NCBI GenBank assembly: GCA_023430045.1
Contig: JAEZCF010000056.1
Span: 22,116-86,115 of the forward strand
Length of the DNA stretch: 64,000 nucleotides
Source of the DNA: Pseudomonadota bacterium
GTDB lineage: Bacteria; Pseudomonadota; Gammaproteobacteria; Xanthomonadales; Xanthomonadaceae
Reading direction: 5' to 3'
This document shows, one piece after another, positions 19,678-30,300 of this stretch. The stretch's first letter is position 1. Each line of letters opens with the position of its first letter. Below the pieces are notes generated by a model. It was not told the DNA's origin, did no database searches, and was given only the letters and a program-made list of their open reading frames with translations. The translations under genes and the position numbers were made by a program.

Positions 19678-21066
19678 TCAGGCCAGCACCTGGTAACAGG
19701 GCTTGTACTCGCCGGAGATCTTCATGCGGCGCTGGTCGACGAAGGCACGCAGCAGTCCATCCAGCGCCTGCATCATGTCGGCGTCGCCATGGATCTGGAA
19801 CGGACCGAATTCCTCGATACGGCGCATGCCATCTTCCTTGACGTTGCCGGCGACGATGCCGGAGAACGCGCGGCGCAGATCGGCCGCCAGCGCATGCGGC
19901 GGACGTCCATGGTGCAGGTCCAGTGCGGCCATGGCTTCGTGCGTGGGCACGAACGGCTGCTGGAAGTCCCACGGAATGTCGATGGACCAGTTGAAGAAGA
20001 ACGAATCCTTCTGCGCCAGACGGTATTCGCGCACCTGCTTGATGCCGGCGGACATCTTCTTCGCCACCGCCGTCGGATCACCGATGATGATCTGGTAGCG
20101 TTCAGCGGCAGCCTCGCCCAGGGTGAGGCGGATGAAGCGGTCGATCTGCTCGAAATACGGCGCGGCCACGGTCGGGCCGGTCAGGATCAGCGGGAACGGC
20201 AGACCCTTGTTTTCCTCGCGCAGCAGGATGCCCAGCAGGTACAGGATCTCCTCGGCGGTACCGACGCCGCCTGCGAAGACGATGATGCCGTGGCCGATGC
20301 GTACGAACGCTTCCAGGCGCTTTTCGATGTCCGGGGTGATGACCAGGTGGTTGACGATGGGGTTCGGCGACTCGGCGGCGATGATGCCCGGCTCGGTCAG
20401 GCCGATGTAGCGCGTCACCGTTCTGCGCTGCTTGGCATGGGCGATGGTGGCGCCCTTCATCGGCCCCTTCATGGCGCCCGGGCCGCAGCCGGTGCAGATG
20501 TCCAGGCCGCGCAGGCCCAGCTCGTAACCTACCTGCTTGGTGTACAGATATTCATCGCGACCGATGGAATGGCCGCCCCAGCACACCACCAGGTTCGGGT
20601 CGCCCGGGTTGAGGATGCGCGCGTTGCGCAGCAGGCCGAACACGGCGTTGGTGATGCCTTCGGAGGTTTCCAGTTCCGCCGCGTAGGCAGGGCCCATTTC
20701 GATGGCCATGTAGGCCAGGTCGCGGACCACCGCGAACAGCAGTTCGGCGACGCCGCGGATGATCTCGCCGTCCACGAAGGCCATCGCCGGCGCGTTGGCC
20801 AGGTCGATGCGAACGCCACGGTCCTGCTGCGCCACCTGGATGTCGAAATCCGGGTACAGATCGCGCGCGGCGCGCGGATCGTCCGAGGCGCTGCCGCTGG
20901 TCAGCACCGCCAGCGCACAGCGGCGCAGCAGCTCATGCATGCCGCCACCGGAGGCATCGCGCAGGCGTGCCACCTCGGCCCGCGACAGCACATCCAGCCC
21001 ACCGCGCGGATAGATCCGCGCGTCCTGCACCGGCAGCGTCCGTGCCGGCTTTTCGATTGTCGTCAT
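19678..21066 (-). CDS. ppnN: Nucleotide 5'-monophosphate nucleosidase PpnN (YgdH, LOG superfamily)
   Basis: LVVCWGGHSI, CTGCGPGAMKGPMKGA, IEKRLEAFVR, LRRAFSGIVAGNVK. Confidence 0.95.
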   Translation of the reverse strand: MTTIEKPARTLPVQDARIYPRGGLDVLSRAEVARLRDASGGGMHELLRRCALAVLTSGSASDDPRAARDLYPDFDIQVAQQDRGVRIDLANAPAMAFVDGEIIRGVAELLFAVVRDLAYMAIEMGPAYAAELETSEGITNAVFGLLRNARILNPGDPNLVVCWGGHSIGRDEYLYTKQVGYELGLRGLDICTGCGPGAMKGPMKGATIAHAKQRRTVTRYIGLTEPGIIAAESPNPIVNHLVITPDIEKRLEAFVRIGHGIIVFAGGVGTAEEILYLLGILLREENKGLPFPLILTGPTVAAPYFEQIDRFIRLTLGEAAAERYQIIIGDPTAVAKKMSAGIKQVREYRLAQKDSFFFNWSIDIPWDFQQPFVPTHEAMAALDLHHGRPPHALAADLRRAFSGIVAGNVKEDGMRRIEEFGPFQIHGDADMMQALDGLLRAFVDQRRMKISGEYKPCYQVLA

Positions 21067-21113
21067 ATCCACTTCGCTTTCCTCAAGGTTTCCGACTGTA
21101 GCGCCGCCCCCTT

Positions 21114-21145
21114 AAAAAGCAAAACGGCCGGGAAACCCGACCGTT
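21114..21145 (-). terminator. Intrinsic terminator at the left island edge
   Basis: Minus strand AACGGTCGGG-ttt-CCCGGCCGTT-TTGCTTTTT; near-copy of the terminator at 31277-31307. Confidence 0.7.
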
Positions 21146-22242
21146 GGATAGGTGTCGCATAGACTACGAAAACCATAGCCGGCACCTCTTAGAGCGCGCT
21201 GATGATGCCACGCATGATTGATGACGTCCACAAGATCCATCGGCTAGCCGATTCGTGAGCAGATCGCGCCCCGATTCATCGCGAGGCCAATGGTGGACCT
21301 CGACTTTGACAGCGATTCGGGCACGCCGATTCTTCATCGGACAGCGTGCCTTCGTTCATCTTCTCAATCCGCCGTGGGACAACTCTCACCCGGCCGCACA
21401 CCACCGTGCCTTAAAAAATGCATCTGCACCGGCTAATTTGAAGCGTGCTTCTGCAAGCCGAACTCAGCAGGCCTATTCCCAGCTCCAGTACAGCACCACA
21501 GCTCTGCTGCATGTGCTCGAGACATACACCACTGACTGCGCTTTTAAATCAGGTGAATTTCATGGGTGCGCTTCCTGTAAGCATTTTTCGTAGAGTTATG
21601 CACACGGATCATCATAGCTTCGATGATCGCCCTAGCACGCAGCCTCAGGCTCTCTTGCTGACGCGCTTACCACCTCCAGCATCCGCGCACCCCTAAGTTT
21701 CCGGCAGGCCGGCGGAACTCACGATTTTGATCCCGTCCGGGGTGCGATCCTGTCAGCTGACGCCGGCAAAGCTGCAAATTACAGTTGTGTTGTACAGGCC
21801 CGCCTACATAGACGGGTGGCTCAGTACGTACCATTGTGGCAGTAAATGCACACGCAGCATGGTCGCCATAGGATACGACATTCGCACGCGACGTTCGGAC
21901 ACTGGTAATGAGGTGAGGTCATCGCTTCAACGTCATGGCTTATCCATCTAGCTGAGCAAGATCTCCCGGATTTCCGCTTCTACTGGCTCAAGCCAACGGC
22001 ATCGCCAAAAGCCAGCTGCACGAATGGATTCTCCACGCACGCCCCAAGGACCTGCAGCTTGATGGAGCAACCCGCACTACCGCTAAAAACTGTGACGAAA
22101 TTCTTCAGAGCAACTCCAAACGCCTGGGGTTTAGCAATTCATTGCATATCATGCTATAGATAACATCGACGCGGTTACCCTATGTTAGCGTCGTAATACC
22201 ATCAACGATCAGCGATCCCTTAATGAAGACAAGGATGGTCGT

Positions 22243-23421
22243 ATGCTAAAAGCGATAATAGAAATACCGCGTCAACTTCCAGAAGATGCCACATTCTTGC
22301 GTGCATTAGAGTCTTCGCCCTTCCTTACAAATGGCTACGCACTTAAATCTGTTCTGCAAGCGCAGGAACTCATCAAAGAGAAGATGGGGGGCATTGAGGC
22401 CGCCAAGTCCTCGATACGAAGCGCACTGGCGCTCCAGGATAAAATCCCTCTAAGCAGCTCGTTATTCAAGGGAATAACCGGAATTGGATGGGCGTCCCAA
22501 TTGACTATTAGGTCACAGGAGGATGCCCATGCTCACCAGTGGCTCAACGACCTTGATGACATCCTTGCTAACGCTATTGAATACACCACTAAACCAAAAC
22601 TTGACCTGATCGACGGACTAGCTGGAGTCCTTGTCTATGGAATTCGTCGCGGTCGAAAATGCACATCCTCCCTGCATCTCTGGAAATGTCTTGAAACAGC
22701 AATATTTCCAAAGTTGGAGGAATGGCTAAATACAGCTCACGACTGCAATCTGGCACCTACAGCTAAGGACTTTCTTCGAAATCTAGGTATCGCGCACGGC
22801 ATGCCAGGCCTCCTTCTTATGACTATCACTGCATATCAGCGCGGACTGGTATCAGAAGCCACTGGAAACATGGCGCGCCTCGGATTCGACCATCTATGGT
22901 CGTTCGCAATCCTCAATGGATGTAGGTCCGCCCTTTTTCCCAGCCTAATTGGCAACACAGAGCCGGCGAGACTGGCCTGGTGTTATGGTGCGTTGGGATT
23001 AAGCCACGCATTCAAGGTCGCATCTCATAGCGATAATCGCAATACGCGCAGATTCGAACTATTAGTCAATGGCTGTGTCGAACAATTTCTAGATGGGTCA
23101 CACCGGATAACCGACGCGTCCCTATGTCATGGCTACTCAGGCCTGGCATTTTTTATGAGCAGCTTCGCTGCCTCAGATCTTTTACCGACTCACTTAAGAG
23201 AATCCTGCCGAAACATATCGCAGGCAGCCACCTCACTGACTCAATCATTAAATCGCGGCTTTAAAAGCGACCCTTCATTTATGTGGAAATCATTGAGAGG
23301 AGATGTGCCCAGCAGTTCTCTACTAGAAGGCACGAGCGGAATTATTCTTGCACTACTTAGCAACAGAAGAGGATGTGAATCACATCTAAGCTGGGCTGAG
23401 CCTCTCGCATTCTACCCTTGA
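22243..23421 (+). CDS. lanC: Lanthionine synthetase (cyclase) LanC
   Basis: LFKGITGI, DLIDGLAG, NLGIAHGMPG, LAWCYGALG, SLCHGYSG (Zn ligands Cys/Cys/His), LLEGTSGI; AAGGA RBS. Confidence 0.93.
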   Translation: MLKAIIEIPRQLPEDATFLRALESSPFLTNGYALKSVLQAQELIKEKMGGIEAAKSSIRSALALQDKIPLSSSLFKGITGIGWASQLTIRSQEDAHAHQWLNDLDDILANAIEYTTKPKLDLIDGLAGVLVYGIRRGRKCTSSLHLWKCLETAIFPKLEEWLNTAHDCNLAPTAKDFLRNLGIAHGMPGLLLMTITAYQRGLVSEATGNMARLGFDHLWSFAILNGCRSALFPSLIGNTEPARLAWCYGALGLSHAFKVASHSDNRNTRRFELLVNGCVEQFLDGSHRITDASLCHGYSGLAFFMSSFAASDLLPTHLRESCRNISQAATSLTQSLNRGFKSDPSFMWKSLRGDVPSSSLLEGTSGIILALLSNRRGCESHLSWAEPLAFYP

Positions 23422-23515
23422 CCACAGACCGCAAGGAAAGGAGTATGAATACGACCAAATAAAAATGACAGTACCATAAATTTCCGACTGAAAAACTAAA
23501 TAAAGGAATAGAAAA

Positions 23516-23743
23516 GTGATCCAGTTGAAAAAAAGAAACCTCACCATCCTTAGTGATGACGAGATGGCTGTTGTAAGCGGAGGAACCCAGACAGACCAGG
23601 AAACACTCGCATGCTGGGAAACGAGAGGATGCACAGGCGGAGATTGGGACGGAAGTGAAGTTTGCGCCGGAAGTCTCTCCAGATGTGAATCATCTGCCTG
23701 CGAAACGCAACAATGCCATTCCGTATATTGCCAAGAAGATTAA
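23516..23743 (+). CDS. lanA: Class I lanthipeptide precursor with double-glycine leader
   Basis: AAAGGA RBS and GTG start; 23-aa leader ending LSDDEMAVVSGG; 52-aa core with 7 Cys and 12 Ser/Thr; lies between lanC and the exporter. Confidence 0.9.
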   Translation: MIQLKKRNLTILSDDEMAVVSGGTQTDQETLACWETRGCTGGDWDGSEVCAGSLSRCESSACETQQCHSVYCQED

Positions 23744-23826
23744 TATTTATATCAAAACTCTAGGCGATTGAGTAGGCAGCAATCATCACCAAACGTGGCT
23801 GCTGCCAAACACGGAAGTAGAACAAG

Positions 23827-23859
23827 GCCAGAGGCCTCTTAAAGAGGTCCTCTGGCTTT
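23827..23859 (+). terminator. Stem-loop after the precursor gene (leaky terminator or mRNA stabiliser)
   Basis: GCCAGAGG-CCTCTT-a-AAGAGG-t-CCTCTGGC followed by TTT. Confidence 0.65.
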
Positions 23860-23875
23860 ACACCAGATCGGAACA

Positions 23876-25144
23876 ATGACTACTGGCAGAGAACTGTTCA
23901 GAAAAAACGCCCTACAACGCCATTCAGGCAATTGGGTGGGGAGTATCAGGATCGCATCTCCTCCGAGCCATGCCTTATGGTCAATCTGCTTTGCGTCGCT
24001 CGGACTTGCACTATGTATTCTGCTCTACTTCGGAGAGTATACGCGACGGGAGAAAGCTGTAGGTCACTTAGTTGCCGCAGGTGGTGTTGCAAGAATACCA
24101 AGCCCGACATCTGGTTATGTGACAACAATTAAAGCAGTGGACGGGCAGGCAGTACTGGCCAACCAGCCTTTAATAGACGTAACGAACGAGCTGTACTCCG
24201 GGGATTTGGTTGGCGTCAAGGAATCAGCCGTCAACTCTCTGGGAATAGAAATCAAGGCGATTGAGTCTGACATTCAGCTTGAACATATTTCCTTGAAAAA
24301 CAAGGAAAGAAGTATGATTTCTCAGATTGCGCTTCTTAAGGCAAAACTCAATGATACGAGAAATAGTCTAAAAATATATGTTGCCGAAGATGATCAGCTG
24401 AACGAGCTACTGAATAAGACGGAGCCTCTTCTTGAGTCCGGGTATGTATCCGCCGCTCAAGTACAGCAACAGCGCTCGACCATAGCGGCAAATAGGTCAA
24501 ACCAAGCAAGACAACTCTCTGAAATTTCCAGCATTAGCTTGGAAATTGAACGACTTCGATCAGAAGTAGCTCAGATACCCATAGATTCTGAAACAAAGAT
24601 CAATGAATTGAGCCGCCAACTTGAGAATGCCAAAGCACAGCGGGTACTGACCTCCGCCGAAAAGAGCACCTCGATACGAACCCCGATAGATGGATTCATA
24701 TCATCTATTCTCGTGACGGAAGGACAGGCGGTGCAAGCGGGTCAGGCGATGCTTACCGTGACAAAGCACGACGCCGCGTTAGAAGCACAGCTACTCGTCA
24801 ACTCCTCTGCCATTGGGTTTGTGGCGCCAGGTACTCCAGTAGCCCTCAAGATTCGCGCATTTCCCTTTCAGAAATTCGGAGTGGTGATGGGGACCGTAAT
24901 CAGTCGCACCCTAGCGCCCCTTCCGCCCGACGAAGCAACATCTAGAACCGGAATACCCGACATCAGCGAGTCAATGTTCCTCGTGCGGGTACGACTAAAC
25001 GAAGATGCTCTAGCGCGCTTTGGCGAAAGAACGAAGCTAGGACATGGTATGTACGTCGATGCCGAACTTCTTCTAGAGAGCCGACGGCTCTATGAATGGC
25101 TGTTTAGAAAGTCTCTCGTTAAAGATCGCAATAACCATGAATGA
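23876..25144 (+). CDS. HlyD/CvaA-family membrane fusion protein
   Basis: LFRKNAL N-terminus, TM helix, YTRREKAVG, IRTPIDG, AFPFQKFG, LESRRLYEWLF. Confidence 0.93.
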   Translation: MTTGRELFRKNALQRHSGNWVGSIRIASPPSHALWSICFASLGLALCILLYFGEYTRREKAVGHLVAAGGVARIPSPTSGYVTTIKAVDGQAVLANQPLIDVTNELYSGDLVGVKESAVNSLGIEIKAIESDIQLEHISLKNKERSMISQIALLKAKLNDTRNSLKIYVAEDDQLNELLNKTEPLLESGYVSAAQVQQQRSTIAANRSNQARQLSEISSISLEIERLRSEVAQIPIDSETKINELSRQLENAKAQRVLTSAEKSTSIRTPIDGFISSILVTEGQAVQAGQAMLTVTKHDAALEAQLLVNSSAIGFVAPGTPVALKIRAFPFQKFGVVMGTVISRTLAPLPPDEATSRTGIPDISESMFLVRVRLNEDALARFGERTKLGHGMYVDAELLLESRRLYEWLFRKSLVKDRNNHE

Positions 25145-27299
25145 AAAAAAAACCACCGAAGAAATGCACCCTATCATGCCTGAGCCAACGCCAAATGCCA
25201 GCGACTGGATTTCACTCCTTAGGTTCGACGCAAAGCGAAGGGTACCAGTGGTCATGCAATCTGCGGGGGCAGAATGCGGCCTCGCCTGCATTGCAATGGT
25301 AGCGGCTTACTATGGCGGCAAGCACGACATGCTAGCTCTCCGCACGAAGTTTCCAACGACGTTACGTGGCATGCGCCTTAAGGAAATAGTCAACGTAGCC
25401 AACATAATTGGACTCAGCTCGCGGCCCGTGAAGGTCGAGCTAGCTGACATAAGTCAGCTGAAGCTCCCTAGCGTGCTCCACTGGAACATGAACCATTTTG
25501 TCGTCCTCGAAAAGGTGGGGCGCAAGCATCTCTACGTGGTCGATCCCGCGCGCGGACGGTCAAAAATACCGCTTGCGGATGCAGACAGCTCATTTACAGG
25601 AGTAGCAGTAGAATTTGAACCCAACCCTAGCCTGGTCAAAGCTGAGAGAAAACGAGGCATATCCCTAAAGGCACTATCCGGAGGAATCGACGGATTAGGG
25701 CGAAGCCTACTACAAATATTCTCGATTGCCGCGTTCCTAGAAGTGCTGGGCCTACTCGCCCCACAATTCCTACAATTAATAATAGACCAAGTCCTTTCGG
25801 CCAACGATAATCACCTTCTAACCTTCATAGGCGCAGGATTCTCCGCGATATTATGTCTAAAAATCGCTGCGGAGTATCTTCGCTCCTGGCTTATAACATG
25901 GCTGGGAGCATCCGTAACAATTGGATGGACCGGAAATGTATTCAACCACACCTTGCGCCTCCCTTTAGATTATTTTCAAAACCGCCACATCGGTGACGTT
26001 GTCTCCAGGTTTGGCGCAGTGAGCGCAATCCAGCAGACCCTGACAACCGAATCAGTCGTGGCAGTAGTAGACGGGATTATGACCGCCGTCACAGCTGCCA
26101 TGCTTATTGCGTACAGTCCAAGGTTGGCATTAATTTCATTCGCAAGCGCGGCTCTTTATTCGCTTTGCAGATTCATATACTTCCGCACTCTAATGGAGAA
26201 TACCTCCAACAACATCAATGTCTCAGCTATTCAGCAAGGAAACCTGATCGAGACACTTCGCGGCATTCAAACGATACGCATCAACAATCGAACCACAGAA
26301 CGGTCTGTTAAATACGCCAACTCGACCGCAGACGTAGTAAATACCAACACGCGCCTTCAACGACTCCAAATCGGATTCAACGCGACGAGTGGATTAATTT
26401 CCGGATTCCAAAGAATCGCTGTACTCTGGCTAGGTGCGTTGCTTGTTATCGCAGGGGAACTAAGCCCGGGCATGCTTATCGCTTTCGCAGCGTATTCGGA
26501 TCAGTTTACTTCAAGATTTTCTGCCATGATCAATTATCTTGTCCAATTCTCTATGCTCCAACTACATGGAGCTAGATTAAGTGACATCGTATTGACTCCC
26601 CCAGAGAAATTTATTGACGGGGATCGCTCACTTGGGAGTGGCGACACATCAATAAATATTGATGACGTATCATTCAGATACTCTACGGACGGCCCACCGG
26701 TAATAGAGAAATGCACCCTATCCATAGCGCACGGCGAGATAGTCGCAATAGTTGGCACCTCTGGATCAGGGAAGAGCACACTTGCCAAGCTTATACTCGG
26801 AATACATGACTACCAGTCGGGAACCATCAGCATAGGCGGCAACTGCATTCGATCACTCGGAAAGCGGCAGGTTCGCGAAATAACTGCCAGCATTCTTCAG
26901 GAAGATTGCTTATTCCGAGGGACAGTACTCGACAATATAAGCCTCTTCGATCCCGATGCGGACCTTGATCAATGCAAACACGCTGCAATAATGGCGAATA
27001 TAGATAATGATATCGAAAGCATGCCCATGGGGTATCAATCATTAGTCGGAGATATTGGATCTACCATCTCGGGCGGTCAACAACAGCGCCTACTTCTGGC
27101 AAGGGCTTTCTACAGGAAACCAAGAATATTGATACTTGACGAGGCGACAAGCAATCTCGACCTGGACAATGAGTCAAAGATATGCAATGCCGTACGAGCC
27201 GCCGGGCTAACCACAATAATAATAGCCCATAGGCCACAAACAATCGCGTCTGCGGACAGGATAATTAGGATCGCAAACGGAAGAGCCCACTTTGATTAG
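25137..27299 (+). CDS. lanT: Peptidase-containing ABC transporter (C39 peptidase, CvaB/LanT-like)
   Basis: QSAGAECGLAC, HWNMNHFVVL, VVDPARG peptidase residues; Walker A GTSGSGKST, ISGGQQQR, ILDEATS. Confidence 0.95.
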   Translation: MNEKKTTEEMHPIMPEPTPNASDWISLLRFDAKRRVPVVMQSAGAECGLACIAMVAAYYGGKHDMLALRTKFPTTLRGMRLKEIVNVANIIGLSSRPVKVELADISQLKLPSVLHWNMNHFVVLEKVGRKHLYVVDPARGRSKIPLADADSSFTGVAVEFEPNPSLVKAERKRGISLKALSGGIDGLGRSLLQIFSIAAFLEVLGLLAPQFLQLIIDQVLSANDNHLLTFIGAGFSAILCLKIAAEYLRSWLITWLGASVTIGWTGNVFNHTLRLPLDYFQNRHIGDVVSRFGAVSAIQQTLTTESVVAVVDGIMTAVTAAMLIAYSPRLALISFASAALYSLCRFIYFRTLMENTSNNINVSAIQQGNLIETLRGIQTIRINNRTTERSVKYANSTADVVNTNTRLQRLQIGFNATSGLISGFQRIAVLWLGALLVIAGELSPGMLIAFAAYSDQFTSRFSAMINYLVQFSMLQLHGARLSDIVLTPPEKFIDGDRSLGSGDTSINIDDVSFRYSTDGPPVIEKCTLSIAHGEIVAIVGTSGSGKSTLAKLILGIHDYQSGTISIGGNCIRSLGKRQVREITASILQEDCLFRGTVLDNISLFDPDADLDQCKHAAIMANIDNDIESMPMGYQSLVGDIGSTISGGQQQRLLLARAFYRKPRILILDEATSNLDLDNESKICNAVRAAGLTTIIIAHRPQTIASADRIIRIANGRAHFD

Positions 27300-27327
27300 G
27301 GTACATAGCGAGTTGAACTGGCCTCCG

Positions 27328-30300
27328 ATGAAACCAAAAAATAAATTAAAATCAATACCGTACTCGACTTTTATTGCGGATAAAGTTGGTGTGTTACGAG
27401 CGCCCACACTTCCCGTCTCAATCTGCACTGAAATACTTTTAAAGTCTGCCGCTGAGATACGCGAACTCGCAATTGAGGCCCTTAGTTCAGCCCCATTTGT
27501 CGATGCACTATATACAGCGTCGCCAACGCTTTATAAGCGGGCGATGAAGTGGAAAAGCAAGGAAAATACGAATCAAGGTCTAGAGTTCTCTATAGCGAGA
27601 TACTTGCTCCGCATGTCTTCACGCCCCACGCCTTTCGGATCATTTTCTTCGGTAAGCTTGGTATCAACTGACTCAGAAAAGACATGCGTATCTGCTCCCG
27701 ATGCAGGATGCTTGCGTAAAGTTGCAACTATAGATTATAGGGTTCAGGCAAATCTTGCAAAATCCGCTGCGAACGAGAGCCAAAGATCTGCACTCCGTTA
27801 CTCTCCTAACGACACGATTTCCGTCGCTGATAAGCACATCAAGCTCTTGGCATGGCCGCGGGGAGATATCTCCGCGCCATTGCAGTTCGTCGAGTTTGAA
27901 ATCACCCCGCTATTGACTTTTATATTGAATGAAAGCTCAGCCAATTCGGGGCTTACAATCCCCGAATTGGCGTATCACATCAACCACTCCTTTGAAGGAC
28001 AATTCACCACTGAAGAAGTAGATCACTATTTGCAAGAATTGGTTGATGAAGAGATTCTAACCTGCGACTCATTGTATTGCCCAACGTCAGACGATCATCT
28101 TTTATCGTTGATCTCCCAGTTGCCACCTGAGTCGGAATCCAGATCGAAAGCGATTGCCATGCGATCCTGCATTAAAAGCATTAATAGTAGGGGATCTGAT
28201 TCGATACTGAGCCAAATGCTAAAACTTGATGAAATTGCATCCAAATATACAGCTTTGGGCAAGCCCGCGGTTAAGATTGACACGATATCTGATAATACGG
28301 CAGGAAGCTTAGGCAAAAAAGATCTTGACGTCATAATAAATACGGTGTCACGCCTGGCAGACTTCAAACAGCGATCTGGCAGCCTCTCAATATTCAAGGA
28401 GAGGTATGCCAGCTTATTTGGAGACGCATCCACCTCTCTTGCAGAGGTAATTCCATTTCTTGGCCACCTCGGATTCCCCGACACCTTGAATGCACCCGCC
28501 AGCATGTCTGACCTATTGAATCCGAAGTTCTTAAAAAATAACAACAACAAAGCCAAGAGCTTCGGAAAATGGGAAGAACACGCTATTGCACTGATGGCAC
28601 GCGATTCAAGCAGAGAATATATCGATCTAGAAGGCGTCCGTACATCTTTGGACGATGAATCACCTGATCGTCTGGCGACATCAATCGACAGTATAGTTAC
28701 ATGGATCTCACTATGGGAGCACCCTCTTGACGGAGCCCAATTAGAGATCAGAAGCGCGGGCACCCAAGCTCCAGGAAGAGTTATGGGCCGGTTCGCCCAT
28801 GCGATACCAGCTCTCAAAACATATCTGAGCGAACTTGAAAAGGATACGGACGATTGCGTTTACTCGCAGATTGTACATGTTCCAAACCCGCAGGCAGGCA
28901 ACATACTAACCCGCTGTTCGATGCCCGGCCCTGAACTGAAGATACGAACTGGTGGCAGCCAGCTCACGAGTGACATCTCAATTTCCGATATCGATGTATT
29001 TATATCGCAGGGAAAGGTTTTCCTTTGGTCACGATCAAGAAACAAGGAAGTTCGCATCAGGATGAACAGCGCTCACGCCTTTTCCAAATCCGGCGACCAT
29101 CCCCTATATCAGTTCCTGAACGAGGTTAGCAACCAGGATCCAAACTGCTCGCTGCCGTCGCTTAGAAGGTGCCTGCCACATGCAGCATATCTTCCAGGCC
29201 TTAGGCTCGGGCGAGTGTTAATCGAGCGTCGTACGTGGCTACTGCAGGCGGGAGACATCACACAAGCTGGTGATGACGAAAAGAGAATAGTGAGCAGACT
29301 AAGGGATACAGCTTTGCGCATCGGACTCCCAACGTTTTTTGAGGAGCACGGCGTAGATTTGGCAATACCTTACAGCTTTCAAAATGATTGGAATGCACAA
29401 GAATTCTGGAAGCTTTTGAAGAACAAAGGCTCTATCGTTGTTACAGAAAGCTTCCCGCTTGACTCACGCCCCGGAATATCGTCGAACGCGGGGCCGACGA
29501 TGCACGAGATTCAAGTCACACTTCGACCAATGCAGCGTCGCACTATGGCAATTCCGATTACTCCACAGCCCGGGCCCCTAATTAAGAATCGATCCTGGCT
29601 ATCTTGGAATGTCTACTGCAGAACTGCATCACAGAACTTGTTCTTGCGAACGTTCAAAGAATGGTCAAAGGAAGCGTGCAAGACGCTGAAACACGAGATG
29701 TTCTTTGTAAGATTCAGGGATGATAGAGGAGATCATCTCCGCATGCGACTTAAGGCGTCCGACCTCGAGACGTCAAATAACCTGAGGCGCGACTTCGAGG
29801 ATGAGCTTAATCGCCTCAAAAATAGCCACCTAATCTATAGCTTCTTGTACGTTGATTATATTCCAGAGATATCAAGATATGGCGGCTTTCGTCTCTTATC
29901 CAGAGCCGAAGAAATTTTCTGCAGGGATTCAAAAATAATAATAGCCACGTTAGGAAAGACCACCACAAGCCTCACAGAACACTGGAGGACCGCGGCGACC
30001 GCGGCAGACCTAATGCTTTCGTCAATTGGCCTTAAAGACATATCCAGTCGGCTGGAATTTGCAACCAAGGCAGCTGAAGATTTCCAATATGAAATGCGCT
30101 TCAGTGCTCAGCAACGGAAACTTATCGGCAACATATTTAGGAAGAGCAAGCCAATCTTCCACCAAGATGGAAAACATATCGCTGATATCTCTGCGCTCAA
30201 CGAGCTCGGCTCCTGCGCTCAACCGGGCGATGGATTTGATTGGTCCGAGAATGGATTCGGCGACTTGACCGAGTCTGAAATCTATCAGTACCGATGGAGC

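Noticed and set aside
21255..21951. Short plus-strand ORFs upstream of lanC as extra precursors or immunity genes
   Set aside because: No GG leader, no Cys/Ser/Thr patterning, no TM or lipoprotein signal and no clear RBS.
22091..22106. CRP/Clp site upstream of lanC (TGTGA-N6-TCTTC)
   Set aside because: Second half-site matches TCACA at only 2 of 5 positions.
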